From an uncultured Gemmatimonadaceae bacterium (GTDB taxonomy: Bacteria > Gemmatimonadota > Gemmatimonadetes > Gemmatimonadales > Gemmatimonadaceae), in the NCBI GenBank assembly GCA_963716745.1, contig OY970320.1:1920001-1984000 (forward strand): 64,000 bases of DNA, read 5' to 3'. The notes under the pieces were generated by a model, which ran no database searches, was not told where the DNA came from, and saw only the letters and a list, made by a program, of their open reading frames with translations. How positions within the stretch are numbered: position 1 is the first letter of the stretch; the number at the start of each line of letters is the position of its first letter. The position numbers and the translations under genes were made by a program. Below, one piece after another: positions 42,291-52,241 of this stretch.

Positions 42291-43363
42291 GCGACGACCT
42301 GCTGAAACGAGCCGCGGCAATCGCGTCTCGATTCACGATCGACGCCGGGCCATATCGCGTAGAGCCGCACGCCGGCGGGCATATCCATGATTCGTTCGTG
42401 GTCACGGCGGGCGAGCGGCGGTGGTTCTTGCAGCGGATGAACACGCGCGTTTTCCAGGAACCCGATCGCGTGATGGAGAACATCGTGAACGTGACGGCGT
42501 TCCTGGCTCGCACCGCCACGCCGGGCGAGCGCGCGCTCGCTACGGTGCCCGCGCGCGAGGGCGGCTGGCTCGTCCGGAACGAAGCGAAGGAGTGCTGGCG
42601 CATGTTCGCGCACCTCGAACGCACGGTGTCGCACGCGACCGCCGTGCGTGCGCCCGATGCCGCTTCGGCGGCGCGCACTTTCGGGCAGTTCCAGCGACGA
42701 CTCTCCGCATACGATGGTCCGCAGTTGCATGTGACGATCCCGAGGTTCCACGACACCACGCGCCGCCTCCACGCTTTCGAGCGCGCCGCACGTGCCGACC
42801 GTCACCGGCGCGCCGTGAATGTCGCCGCGGAGATCGAGTTCGCGATCTCGCGCCGATCGCTCGCCACGGTGCTCGCCGATGCGCATGCGCGCGGCGATGC
42901 GGTTCGCCGCATCGCGCACAACAATGCCAAGATCGCGAACATCCTCTTCGACGAAACCAGCGGCAGCGCGCTCTGCGTAGTGGACCTGGACACCGTGATG
43001 CCCGGCCTCTCACTCTACGACTTCGGCGATCTCGTGCGATCGATGGTCTCACCGGGCGCCGAGGACGCGCCCGACCTCTCGACGGTGAGTGCGGATCCGG
43101 ATCGCTTCGCCGCGATCGCTCTCGGATACCTCGACGGCACGGACGGTCTGCTGAGCGATGCCGAGCGCCGGCTCATGCCTGTGGCGGCCGAGACGATCGT
43201 GTACGAGCAGGGACTGCGTTTCTTAACCGACCATCTCGAGGGCGATGCCTACTATCGTGTGGAACGGCCGGAGCACAATCTCGACCGCGCGCGTGCGCAA
43301 TTCGCACTGCTGCGCTCGCTCGAGCGCCAGCGCGCTGAATTCTCCCGCATCGTGGAGAGGTAG
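42287..43363 (+). CDS. APH-fold phosphotransferase (N-acetylhexosamine 1-kinase-like)
   Basis: GGHIHDS, LQRMN, TIPRFHDT, HNNAKIAN, VDLDTVMPG, YDFGD, RFLTD.L.GD.Y. Confidence 0.85.
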   Translation: MSDDLLKRAAAIASRFTIDAGPYRVEPHAGGHIHDSFVVTAGERRWFLQRMNTRVFQEPDRVMENIVNVTAFLARTATPGERALATVPAREGGWLVRNEAKECWRMFAHLERTVSHATAVRAPDAASAARTFGQFQRRLSAYDGPQLHVTIPRFHDTTRRLHAFERAARADRHRRAVNVAAEIEFAISRRSLATVLADAHARGDAVRRIAHNNAKIANILFDETSGSALCVVDLDTVMPGLSLYDFGDLVRSMVSPGAEDAPDLSTVSADPDRFAAIALGYLDGTDGLLSDAERRLMPVAAETIVYEQGLRFLTDHLEGDAYYRVERPEHNLDRARAQFALLRSLERQRAEFSRIVER

Positions 43364-44908
43364 ATGAGTTCACCCGTCGTCGCGACCGACACGCGAGATG
43401 CGTTCCACTGGAGGCCGGCAGCAGCGCTTGCCGCGCTCGTGTTCGTCGTGCACGTGGTGGTGAACGCGACGACCCCGTACGGCATCCATCGCGACGAACT
43501 GCTGTATCTCGCGATGGGGAAGCATCTCCGGTTGTTCACGATGGATTTCCCGCCGGCCATCGCGCTCATCGCGAATGCCGAACGTCTCTTCGGCGATTCG
43601 CTCATCGCGATCCGGCTGGCGCCCGCGCTGGCCGCGGCCGCGATCATCATGTTGGCGGCGGCGATCGCGAGGGAATTCGGCGGCGGTCGCTTCGCGCAGC
43701 TGACGGCCGCCATCGCGGTGGCGGTGCACGGGTTGTTCCTGCGCCCGGGCAATCTCTTCCAGCCGGTGGTATTCGATCAACTCTGGTGGACCGCGTGCCT
43801 GTTCCTGCTTGCACGTTTCGAGCGGACGCGCGACCCGCGCTGGTGGATGACCATCGGTGTGATCGGTGGGTTGGGGCTGCTCACGAAGTTCAGCATCCTG
43901 TTCATCGGATTCGGCATCCTCATCGCGCTCGTGATCGACGACCGCGCAGCGCTGCGCACCCGTGGGCCGTGGCTCGCGCTCGCGATCGCGCTCGTGATCG
44001 GCAGCCCGAGCATCATCGGGCAGATCCGGCTCGGATACCCGATCGTGGCGCAGATGAGAACCTTGCAAGCGAATCAGCTGGTGCACGTCAGCTACGGATC
44101 GTTCCTGTCGTGGCAGTTCCTCCTTGGGCCCTCGCTGCTGCTCGCGCTCGCCGGCGCGGCGTGGCTCCTCGTGTCGCCGGGCGCACGGCCGGTCCGCTGC
44201 GTGGGGCTTTCCTGCATCGCGGTCTTCGTCACGCTCTTCCTGCTGCGTGGCAAGGCCTACTATGTGGGGCCGATCTACCCCACCCTCTTCGCGGCGGGCG
44301 CGGTGTGGCTCGGATCGACCGGACCGTCGATGCTCGCGCGCGCGGTACGCGCGACAGCCGTCGCCGCGATCGTGCTCTACGGCCTTCTCATTTTGCCGAT
44401 CGGATTGCCGGTGCTCCCGCCGGTCACGATGGCACGATACGCCGCGGCCATCGGGATCGCCGAGGCCACGCGCACGAATAACGGATCATCGCTCCGGCTG
44501 CCGCAGGACTATGCCGACATGATCGGCTGGCCCGAGCGCGTCGCGCTCGTCGCACACGTCTACGATTCATTGCCGCCGGAGAAGCGCGCGGAGGCCGTGG
44601 TCATCGGCGAGAACTACGGCGAGGCCGGCGCGCTCGATTTCTACGGTCCGAGGCTGGGCCTCCCGCCGGCGGTGAGCGCGGCCGGCAGCTACTGGTTCTT
44701 CGGCCCAGGCGACAAGCCCGGCACGGTGATCGTCACGCTGGGCGTGAGCCGGGAGGATCTCGAGAAGTATTGCGGCACGGTGACGGCCGCGGGCCGCATC
44801 ACCAACGAATGGACGGTCGAGGAGGAGCAGGACATCACCGTGTACGTCTGCGAAGACCCGCACGTCACGCTGCAAGCGCTCTGGCCTTCGCTCGCCGGGC
44901 GGAATTGA
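43364..44908 (+). CDS. GT-C glycosyltransferase (family 39/ArnT-like)
   Basis: HRDELLY, DFPP, LLTKFS, many TM helices, NYGEAGA periplasmic domain. Confidence 0.85.
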   Translation: MSSPVVATDTRDAFHWRPAAALAALVFVVHVVVNATTPYGIHRDELLYLAMGKHLRLFTMDFPPAIALIANAERLFGDSLIAIRLAPALAAAAIIMLAAAIAREFGGGRFAQLTAAIAVAVHGLFLRPGNLFQPVVFDQLWWTACLFLLARFERTRDPRWWMTIGVIGGLGLLTKFSILFIGFGILIALVIDDRAALRTRGPWLALAIALVIGSPSIIGQIRLGYPIVAQMRTLQANQLVHVSYGSFLSWQFLLGPSLLLALAGAAWLLVSPGARPVRCVGLSCIAVFVTLFLLRGKAYYVGPIYPTLFAAGAVWLGSTGPSMLARAVRATAVAAIVLYGLLILPIGLPVLPPVTMARYAAAIGIAEATRTNNGSSLRLPQDYADMIGWPERVALVAHVYDSLPPEKRAEAVVIGENYGEAGALDFYGPRLGLPPAVSAAGSYWFFGPGDKPGTVIVTLGVSREDLEKYCGTVTAAGRITNEWTVEEEQDITVYVCEDPHVTLQALWPSLAGRN

Positions 44909-44953
44909 TGCGCGGCGCGCTGACGTGCGAACAGGGGTGCTCGTCCTGAGAGC

Positions 44954-46219
44954 ATGACCCGTCCCGCCATTCTTTGGAGCATGACCGGCATCGCGATCGC
45001 CGGATTCGTCGCCGGCTCCCTGCTCCACCCGGTTGCGATGCCATCGCGTTTGCCGTCGTTCCGCGGGCTGCCGCCGCGCGACTCCGCGAAGGCCGCCGAA
45101 CTCGCGTTCGAGCGTTGCAGCGGCGCTTCCGACGACGCCAAGCATTCGTGCTATGAGGGAGAATTGCTCCCGGTCGCGAAGGCGCGTGGACCACGCGCCG
45201 CGCTCGCCGAGCTGCAGCAGCTCGTGACCCTGGATCACGAGGTGCTCGTCACGGGTCACGAATACGCGCACGCGATCGGGATCGCCGCATACGACGCGCA
45301 CCCCGATGTGAAGACCACGTTCCCGGAGTGCAGCGAGAAATTCCAGTCGGGATGCTACCATGGAGTGATCCAGGCGTTCTTCCTGCGCGCCGGCACGGAT
45401 GACAGCACGGCCGTGCGCGCGATCTGCGCGCCATGGACGGTGGCCGGCGTGTACGGATGGCTCCGCTTCCAGTGCGTGCACGGGCTGGGTCACGGGCTCA
45501 CGATGCGCTTCGATCACGACCTGCCGGCCGCGCTCTTGAAATGCGATCTGCTGCTCGATCGCTGGGACCGCGACTCCTGCTACGGCGGCGCGTTCATGGA
45601 GAACATCATGAACGCCACGCAGCCGCCAGTGGCGATGGCCATGGCGGACATGCCGGGGATGGGCGACTCGACTCGGCCCAAGTACAAGCAGATCGATCGG
45701 AGCGATCCGGCGTATCCCTGCTCGAAGCTCGCCGACCGGTACCAGGAATCGTGCTGGACGAACCAGGTGTCAGTGCTGCTCTATCTCAGCAACAGCGATG
45801 TGCGTGAGGCGGCCAAAGGATGCGACCGCGCACCGGCGAAGTACGTCAGCTGGTGCTTCCTCGGCCTGGGCACGGACATCAACGGACGCGTGCTGCGCGA
45901 TGGCCCGGCGGCGCTGGCGCTCTGTGACAAAGCGAGCGCCACCGGCCGGCCATGGTGCTATGCGGGCGTCGCCAAGAATCGCGTGGAGGACAACGCGAAG
46001 TTCGAGAGCGGAATGACATTCTGCCGTCTCGTGGCGAGCCGCGACGGCAAGCTGCGCTGCTATGAGGCGGTGGGCGAGGAGATCGCGAGCCTCAGCGCGG
46101 TGGTGACGGAGCGCGAACGCATGTGTGCCACCGCTGAACCGGGGTATCCCGACGCGTGCCTGTACGGCGCGCGCGTGCGGCCCACGCCGCCGCCGGGCCT
46201 GGTCGATCCCGAATGGTAA
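44954..46219 (+). CDS. Secreted Cys/His-rich repeat protein
   Basis: N-terminal TM/signal; GHEYAHAIG, GCYHG, QCVHGLGHG; repeated C-x(7-10)-C[YWF] units. Confidence 0.75.
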   Translation: MTRPAILWSMTGIAIAGFVAGSLLHPVAMPSRLPSFRGLPPRDSAKAAELAFERCSGASDDAKHSCYEGELLPVAKARGPRAALAELQQLVTLDHEVLVTGHEYAHAIGIAAYDAHPDVKTTFPECSEKFQSGCYHGVIQAFFLRAGTDDSTAVRAICAPWTVAGVYGWLRFQCVHGLGHGLTMRFDHDLPAALLKCDLLLDRWDRDSCYGGAFMENIMNATQPPVAMAMADMPGMGDSTRPKYKQIDRSDPAYPCSKLADRYQESCWTNQVSVLLYLSNSDVREAAKGCDRAPAKYVSWCFLGLGTDINGRVLRDGPAALALCDKASATGRPWCYAGVAKNRVEDNAKFESGMTFCRLVASRDGKLRCYEAVGEEIASLSAVVTERERMCATAEPGYPDACLYGARVRPTPPPGLVDPEW

Positions 46220-46281
46220 GAGAACGCGGGAGCACGCCCATCGCGCGCCCCCGCGTTCCGTGATCGGTCCAGCCGATCAGA

Positions 46282-46965
46282 TCAGGTCACGTTGCAGTAG
46301 CGGCACTCGTGATCCTGCGCACGGCCCACGGCGAGCACGCCCGAGGGAACGAGCGTGACGCCCGGCAACAACGCGCCCTGCCATTCCTTGATCACATCGG
46401 CGGGAGGCGTGCCGGCCTTCGTCGCCGCTTCCGTCGCGAAATGCTGGAGCGCCATGTTGCACGCGCACGGCAGCGCACCGCTCGCGACCAAACCTTCCAC
46501 CGACGCGGTGGCGAACGGCTGAATCGGGAAGCCCGCGTTCGTCGCGTAGATATTGCGCTCGGCGGGCTTGTTGGTGGCGGGATCCGTCACGCTGAACGAC
46601 TCGCCGATCTTGTATTTGGCCCACATCGCATCGTTCAGCGCGATCGGGAACGCCGCGTGCCGCAAGATGATCACGGCGCTCAGTTCCTTCTCGCTGAGAT
46701 TGTACGCGTCCTTGTTGGTCACGAACCAGATGCGGGTCATGATCAACCCGAACCCACTATTGATATCCATGCCGTCGAAGACCTGGCGGTGCTTGCCCTT
46801 GATCTTCGTCTGCCAACTCTCGTCCCATCCGGCAGCCGCGGGGTGCGACGATTCCGCGCCCGCCTTGCTGGTCGCCAATCCGCCGGCCGCGAGTGCGATC
46901 GCTCCCGCCGCGAGACGTCCCAGGAAACCGCGGCGCGGCGTACGATCGAGTTCGAGATCCTGCAT
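46282..46965 (-). CDS. Tat-exported DsrE-like protein
   Basis: GGAG RBS; RRGFL Tat signal; HRQVFD, ILRH, CACNMAL, LPGVTLVPSGVLAVGRAQ. Confidence 0.72.
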   Translation of the reverse strand: MQDLELDRTPRRGFLGRLAAGAIALAAGGLATSKAGAESSHPAAAGWDESWQTKIKGKHRQVFDGMDINSGFGLIMTRIWFVTNKDAYNLSEKELSAVIILRHAAFPIALNDAMWAKYKIGESFSVTDPATNKPAERNIYATNAGFPIQPFATASVEGLVASGALPCACNMALQHFATEAATKAGTPPADVIKEWQGALLPGVTLVPSGVLAVGRAQDHECRYCNVT

Positions 46966-46985
46966 CGTGCTCCTCCTGCGCGCGG

Positions 46986-47867
46986 TCAATGCGCGCCGTT
47001 AGGGGTAGTGCTCGCCGGTGCGGGTGGGTGCTTCGCCCCGGAAGTAGGATATGCCACATCCGGCGGTGGATTGCCATTCGGCCAATCGGCCGCCTTGGTC
47101 GCGTAATCCGGGCGCGGATGCGAGGCGACGAACGCGGCGACGTCGAACGCCTGCTGGTCGCTCAGAGAGCCCGGCTTGTCGTACGGCATGTTGCTGCGCA
47201 CGAACGACGCCATGGTGTACAAGCGCGTCATACCGGCGCCGATGTTGAACGAGCGCGGCCCCCACAGCGGCGGGAACGCCGCACTTCCCTGGCCGTCCGG
47301 CCCATGGCACACGCTGCACACGCTCGCGAAGATCGCGGCCCCGTTCGCGGTATCCGGCTTGAGCGGCGTCATCTTCGGCAGCCCCTGCCCCGGCACGGAG
47401 TCGAACACGCCGACGCCGCGCGAGATCCATGAGAGGTAGGCGATGATGTCGCGCATGTCGCCGCTCTCGGCCGGCAACGCGCTCCCATTCAGACTCCGGC
47501 GGAAGCAGTCGTTCACGCGATCGATGAGCATCTCCACGGAGTTGCTCCGCGACCGGTACTGCGGATAGCGTGCCGCTACGCCGATCAGCAGCAGTCCATT
47601 GCGGCGCGTGCCCTCATCGAGATGACAATTGAAGCAGCGCAGGGCGCTGTGCGCATACCTCGGAAGACTGTCGGGCGTGTGCGCGAGCAGCGCGTGTCCG
47701 CGACGCGCCGCCACTCCCATGGGGGTGGCCGGCCACGTGGTGTCGGACAGCAATGCGACGCGATCCGTTGCGCGGTCGCGAGCCACCGGCACCGGCGTCG
47801 CCCGGCATGCGGCCAGGATCGCGGCGCTGAGCAGGACCAATGCGACATGCGCACTCCGAACGGCCAT
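46986..47867 (-). CDS. tsdA: Diheme c-type cytochrome, thiosulfate dehydrogenase TsdA-like lipoprotein
   Basis: CFNCH and CSVCH heme sites; RVNDCFRRSLNG active-site Cys motif; PPLWG..SFN.GAGM; NMP; LAAC lipobox. Confidence 0.82.
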   Translation of the reverse strand: MAVRSAHVALVLLSAAILAACRATPVPVARDRATDRVALLSDTTWPATPMGVAARRGHALLAHTPDSLPRYAHSALRCFNCHLDEGTRRNGLLLIGVAARYPQYRSRSNSVEMLIDRVNDCFRRSLNGSALPAESGDMRDIIAYLSWISRGVGVFDSVPGQGLPKMTPLKPDTANGAAIFASVCSVCHGPDGQGSAAFPPLWGPRSFNIGAGMTRLYTMASFVRSNMPYDKPGSLSDQQAFDVAAFVASHPRPDYATKAADWPNGNPPPDVAYPTSGAKHPPAPASTTPNGAH

Positions 47868-47880
47868 GCTGTCCCCCGAC

Positions 47881-49383
47881 TCAGTTCTTGGGCGCCGCCG
47901 CGGCCTGCGCCGCGTGCACCATTGATCGCACCTCGGCCGCGAGCGCCGGCGCGTCGAACACGATGCCATCCTTGATCGTGAACTTCACGCCGCCGCGGTG
48001 CACCAGCTTCCCGTTCTCGGCGGTCTCGATGCCGGTCGGGTAAAGAACCTTGAAGCTGTGCAACGGGTTCCCGTCCACGACGATCAGGTCCGCCTTGAAT
48101 CCGGGGCGCACAACGCCCGTGGTGGCGAGGCCGAGGAGTTTGGCGCCGTTCGAGGTAGCGTGCTGGATCACCTCGAGCGGCTGGAAGCCCGCCTCCTGCT
48201 GGAGTTCCATCTCGCGAATGGTGGTGAATCCGTAGAGTTCCCAAATGAAGCCTGCGTCCGATCCGACGGTGACGTTGCCGCCGCGCGCAGCGTACTCGCG
48301 CACCCAGTGCATCCAGATGCGATAATCGTTGCGCCAACGCACCTCATCGGCGGTCGTCCAGTCGAAGAAGTACGAGCCATGGCGCGCCGCGCTCGGCTCG
48401 AATTGCGCCATCACCGCGGGCAGCGCGTAGTCTCTCAGGAACGGCTGCGACCGTGCGCGCTGCAGGTCGCGGTTCGCCTCGTAGATCGCGAACGTCGGAT
48501 CCCACGTCACGCCATGCGCGAGCATCGTGTCGAGCACCGCCGAGAGGCGCGCCGAATCCGCTTGGCGCCAGATGTCGCCAGCCCAGCGAAAGCGGTCGAG
48601 CTCGTTGTCGTAGTCGTACGAATCCGGGAACTGCTGCTTCCCGACGATCGCCGCGTCGGGAATGCCGTACCAATGCTCGATCGACCTCACGCCGTAGCGC
48701 GTCGCGGCGAGCGCATCGGTCTCCTGGATCTTGAGATCGGTCGCCATCGGAAGATCGAGCGCCTTCGCCTCCTCCGACACAGCCGCCCACACATCCGGCC
48801 GCAGGATGAAGATCTTGAGTCCCTTCGCGCCCTTCTGTTTCACCGAACGCACCATCGCGCGCCCTTCGGCCGGCGTGTTGGCCTCGATCACCGCGTACGG
48901 GACGATCGCCGGCGCCGCGATCTTGTTCTCGGCCGAGAGCTTCGAGTGTGCGACGATCGTATCGATGCCCTCGAGCGAGCCGGGGTCGCGGATCGTCGTG
49001 ATGCCGCACGCGAGCAGCAGCTTGTATTCGTAGTCTTTGGGCATCGCGATGCCCGCGCGGCTGAACTGAATATGCGAGTGCACGTCGATGATGCCGGGCA
49101 TCACGTACATGCCGGTGGCGTCGATCACGCGGTCGGGCTTGCCGCCGGCCGAGGACGCCGGAAGCGCGCTCCCGCCGCCCTCGCGTACAGCGGGATCGGT
49201 GATCGCGACGATGGTGTTCCCTTCCACCGTGATGTCGAACGGCCCGCGCGTCGGATTCCCGGCGCCATCGATGATGAGCGCGTTCTTGATCAGCAGCCGC
49301 TGATAACGCACGCCCTGAGCATGCGCCGACGCGCCGAAGGAGAGCAGCGCGATGACCGCCGCCGTCGAGAAACGATTTTTCAC
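47881..49383 (-). CDS. Secreted amidohydrolase family protein
   Basis: Signal peptide; DATGMYVMPGIIDVHSH, GITTIRD, GSDAG, ADLIVVDGNPL. Confidence 0.88.
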   Translation of the reverse strand: MKNRFSTAAVIALLSFGASAHAQGVRYQRLLIKNALIIDGAGNPTRGPFDITVEGNTIVAITDPAVREGGGSALPASSAGGKPDRVIDATGMYVMPGIIDVHSHIQFSRAGIAMPKDYEYKLLLACGITTIRDPGSLEGIDTIVAHSKLSAENKIAAPAIVPYAVIEANTPAEGRAMVRSVKQKGAKGLKIFILRPDVWAAVSEEAKALDLPMATDLKIQETDALAATRYGVRSIEHWYGIPDAAIVGKQQFPDSYDYDNELDRFRWAGDIWRQADSARLSAVLDTMLAHGVTWDPTFAIYEANRDLQRARSQPFLRDYALPAVMAQFEPSAARHGSYFFDWTTADEVRWRNDYRIWMHWVREYAARGGNVTVGSDAGFIWELYGFTTIREMELQQEAGFQPLEVIQHATSNGAKLLGLATTGVVRPGFKADLIVVDGNPLHSFKVLYPTGIETAENGKLVHRGGVKFTIKDGIVFDAPALAAEVRSMVHAAQAAAAPKN

Positions 49384-49518
49384 AATGCGCCGTGGTTGGG
49401 TTGTCGTGGCACTTCCGGTGGCCGGTGGCCGATGGACGATGGACGTTACGGGCACGGCCCATGCGACGCAATCACCGCCGCCACTGGCCGTCGCGCCCGC
49501 GGCGCACATCTTCTACTT

Positions 49519-50034
49519 ATGGAAATCGAGTCGGCCGAGGCGATCCTGCCGTATTTCGAGAACATCCGGGCGCGCACGATCCGCGTGGCTTCGATCATCC
49601 CGCCGGACCGGATCGAATGGACGCATCGCGAAGGAGCGTTCACCCTCGGCGATCTGGTGCGGCATATCGCCGCGACGGAACCATGGATGTTCGCGGAGAA
49701 CGTGCGCGAGAAACCGGCCGAGCCGCAACCGGCGGCGAGACCATGGCCGCCAGCTCGCCGATGGTCTCGAGGCGGTGCTCGCGGACATCACGCGAATGCA
49801 CGAAGAATCAGATGCTCATCTTTCGTGAACTCCCGCCGGCGCAATTGCGCACGCCGGTAGGCGACACCCGCTGGAAAGACGCTGCTCGCTTGGAAGTGGC
49901 TGCGCGCGATGGTGGAGCATGAGGTCCATCACCGTGGACAACTCTATCTAATGCTCGGCATGCTCGGAGTGACGACGCCGCCAGTATACGGCCTCACTTC
50001 GGAGCAGGTGCGCGAGCGGAGCATCCAAGAATGA
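49519..50034 (+). pseudogene. DinB family protein, disrupted by several indels around 49680-49900 (may be consensus errors)
   Basis: MEIE...FTLGDLVRHIAATE in one frame; WKWLRAMVEHEVHHRGQLYLML...PPVYGLTSE in another. Confidence 0.75.
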
Positions 50035-50498
50035 TCCGACCCAATTCGCTCGCTCGTGCCGCCATGTTCGCGGCGTGCCTCCTCTCGGCCGGCTGCGCGT
50101 CCGCGCCCGCATCACCGAGCACCCCCAAGTCGAACTCGTTGTACGTGAGGCTCGGCGGCTACGACGCGATCGCCGCCCTCGTCGACGATTTCATCGGCCG
50201 CATGGGGAAGGATACCATCACCGCGCCCTTCTTCGCGGGACTCACGCCGCATCAGGGGAACCTGATCCGTCAGGGGATCATCGATCAACTGTGCCAGGCG
50301 TCGGGCGGCCCGTGCGTCTACACCGGCCGCAGCATGAAGGAGGCGCACAAGGATCTGGGGATCACGCCGGCGGTGTGGCAAGCCGAGGTGTCCGAGATGA
50401 ACGCGGCGATGGACCACTTCAAGATCGGCCGCGAAGAGAAGAATGAAGTGTTGGCCATCATCCGTCCGCTCGAAGCGGAGATCGTCACGGCGAAATGA
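50031..50498 (+). CDS. Group I truncated hemoglobin with lipoprotein signal
   Basis: LSAGC lipobox; SLYVRLGG.DAI...VDDF; GGPCVYTGRSMKEAH (proximal His). Confidence 0.88.
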   Translation: MIRPNSLARAAMFAACLLSAGCASAPASPSTPKSNSLYVRLGGYDAIAALVDDFIGRMGKDTITAPFFAGLTPHQGNLIRQGIIDQLCQASGGPCVYTGRSMKEAHKDLGITPAVWQAEVSEMNAAMDHFKIGREEKNEVLAIIRPLEAEIVTAK

Positions 50499-50510
50499 CG
50501 TGCGGCGCGC

Positions 50511-52241
50511 TCACGCCGCGGCGGCTTCGACGACCGATGGGTCTGTTCGAGCGAGCACGGCGCCAAGCCACTCGACGATGAACCACAATTCGCCACCGGC
50601 GATCGCCGTGGCGACCAAGGCCGCCGGGATGAACGCCCACGCGCCAGCGACGCCACGGAGCGCGACGGCGATCACCGCCGCACCGACCGCGGGCAGCACG
50701 AGCAGCAGTAGGAACGCCAGCAGCGACCCCAGCATGCTGAGCACATTCTGGCCGAGCGATTCGATGCCGGCCGAACGGCCGGGACCGAGATGCACCCAGC
50801 CGGGCAGGAGCACCGCCCACGCGTTGGCGACGGCCACTCGCAGCGCGGTGAGCGCGGGGAGCATCAGGCCGCTCGCGAGAAGGATGGGGATCGCATTCGC
50901 GACGCGCGCCGCGCTGCCGGCGTGCGCCCACTGGCCGGCCCATGGGATCATCGCGGCAAGTCCGATCGCGAGGCAGATCGCCTGCATGACGCTCAGCAGC
51001 GCGAGGGTGCCAAGGAGCTCCGCGGCGACGATCGTGCGGCCGCTCAGCGGGTACGTGCGCAGCAGGGCGAGCATGAGCATGTCCTGCTGCAGGTCGGTGC
51101 GCACGTAGAGAGGGCCGAAGGTCACGAGCAGGATGGCACCCGAGAGCATGACCGAGCCGACGAGCGTGGAGCCGAATTCGATGCCCGGCATCGACATCAC
51201 AATGCCGCCGATGATCACGAGCGAGAGGATCGCGGTCCTCGTGAGCGGCACGAGTCGCTGGAACGACACCACCACCTTCCACACGAGCGCTACCGCCGGC
51301 CGTCCCGCGGGCGCGAGTGGCGGCCAGATCCGGTTCGCGCGCAACGCCACATCGCCCCGGAGACGGCGTGCCGCGCGCTGCGCAGCGACCCGCTCCGAAC
51401 GCTGCATCGCCGCCTCCTCGAAGGCGACACCGGTGCGGATGACCCACACGTAGGTCGCGACGAGGAGCAGCAACGACCAACCGATCTCGCCAGCCCACTC
51501 GGCTGGCGTGCGCGCGAACACGGGCGCGATGAGCGCGTGGAAGGGCCACAGCACCGTCCGGATCACGGGCGTGTTCCGCAGCGACAGGAGGGTGGTGCCC
51601 ATGGTGCCGGTCACCAGCGCCGAGCTGAGCGATGGCAGCGCTTCGATCACCGCGTAAACGGTCGCGCCGATCGCCGTGGCCGCGATCGTGAGCGGCAGCC
51701 AATTGCGGCGCAGTCCGGTGCGGCCGTGTTGCGCGGCGCTCACGCGCACGAACGAGGCGCCCACGCGATGCAGATAGAGCGTCGTGAAGAGGATCCATAG
51801 TGCGAACGCGTGCCGGACAGGGATGCCGGTCACCTGTCGCGAGAGCAACACCTTCCAGATCAGAACGCTGAGCAGGATCGCGATCTGAGCTTGCGCCAGC
51901 TTGTAGTTGATGAGCGCCTGGCGCGTGACCGGCGCCGGAAAGAGCATCTGCACTTCGGACCGGCTGAAAGTGAGCGCGGGCTCAGGGGCACCGAAGATCC
52001 AGAGCCAGGCTGTGGTGAGCGCGAGCAGCAGTTCGTACACGTTCTCGACGACGTCCCCGAAGCCGGCGGGCACGGCGCCGGTATCGCGCACGCCGTTCCC
52101 GAGGAACGTCCAGAGCCACAGCGCGCCCAGCACGATCGCGATCGCATAGCGCGGCGACCGCGCGCGACGGACCTCCACGCGCACGCGATTCGCGAGCGAG
52201 CGCGTGAGGAGGAACTGCAGCGCGCCGACGGAGCGCTTCAC
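50511..52241 (-). CDS. Putative ABC exporter permease
   Basis: Many TM helices; EVQMLFPAPVTR, DLQQD...LRTYPL; GTGA overlap with the ABC ATPase. Confidence 0.82.
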   Translation of the reverse strand: MKRSVGALQFLLTRSLANRVRVEVRRARSPRYAIAIVLGALWLWTFLGNGVRDTGAVPAGFGDVVENVYELLLALTTAWLWIFGAPEPALTFSRSEVQMLFPAPVTRQALINYKLAQAQIAILLSVLIWKVLLSRQVTGIPVRHAFALWILFTTLYLHRVGASFVRVSAAQHGRTGLRRNWLPLTIAATAIGATVYAVIEALPSLSSALVTGTMGTTLLSLRNTPVIRTVLWPFHALIAPVFARTPAEWAGEIGWSLLLLVATYVWVIRTGVAFEEAAMQRSERVAAQRAARRLRGDVALRANRIWPPLAPAGRPAVALVWKVVVSFQRLVPLTRTAILSLVIIGGIVMSMPGIEFGSTLVGSVMLSGAILLVTFGPLYVRTDLQQDMLMLALLRTYPLSGRTIVAAELLGTLALLSVMQAICLAIGLAAMIPWAGQWAHAGSAARVANAIPILLASGLMLPALTALRVAVANAWAVLLPGWVHLGPGRSAGIESLGQNVLSMLGSLLAFLLLLVLPAVGAAVIAVALRGVAGAWAFIPAALVATAIAGGELWFIVEWLGAVLARTDPSVVEAAAA

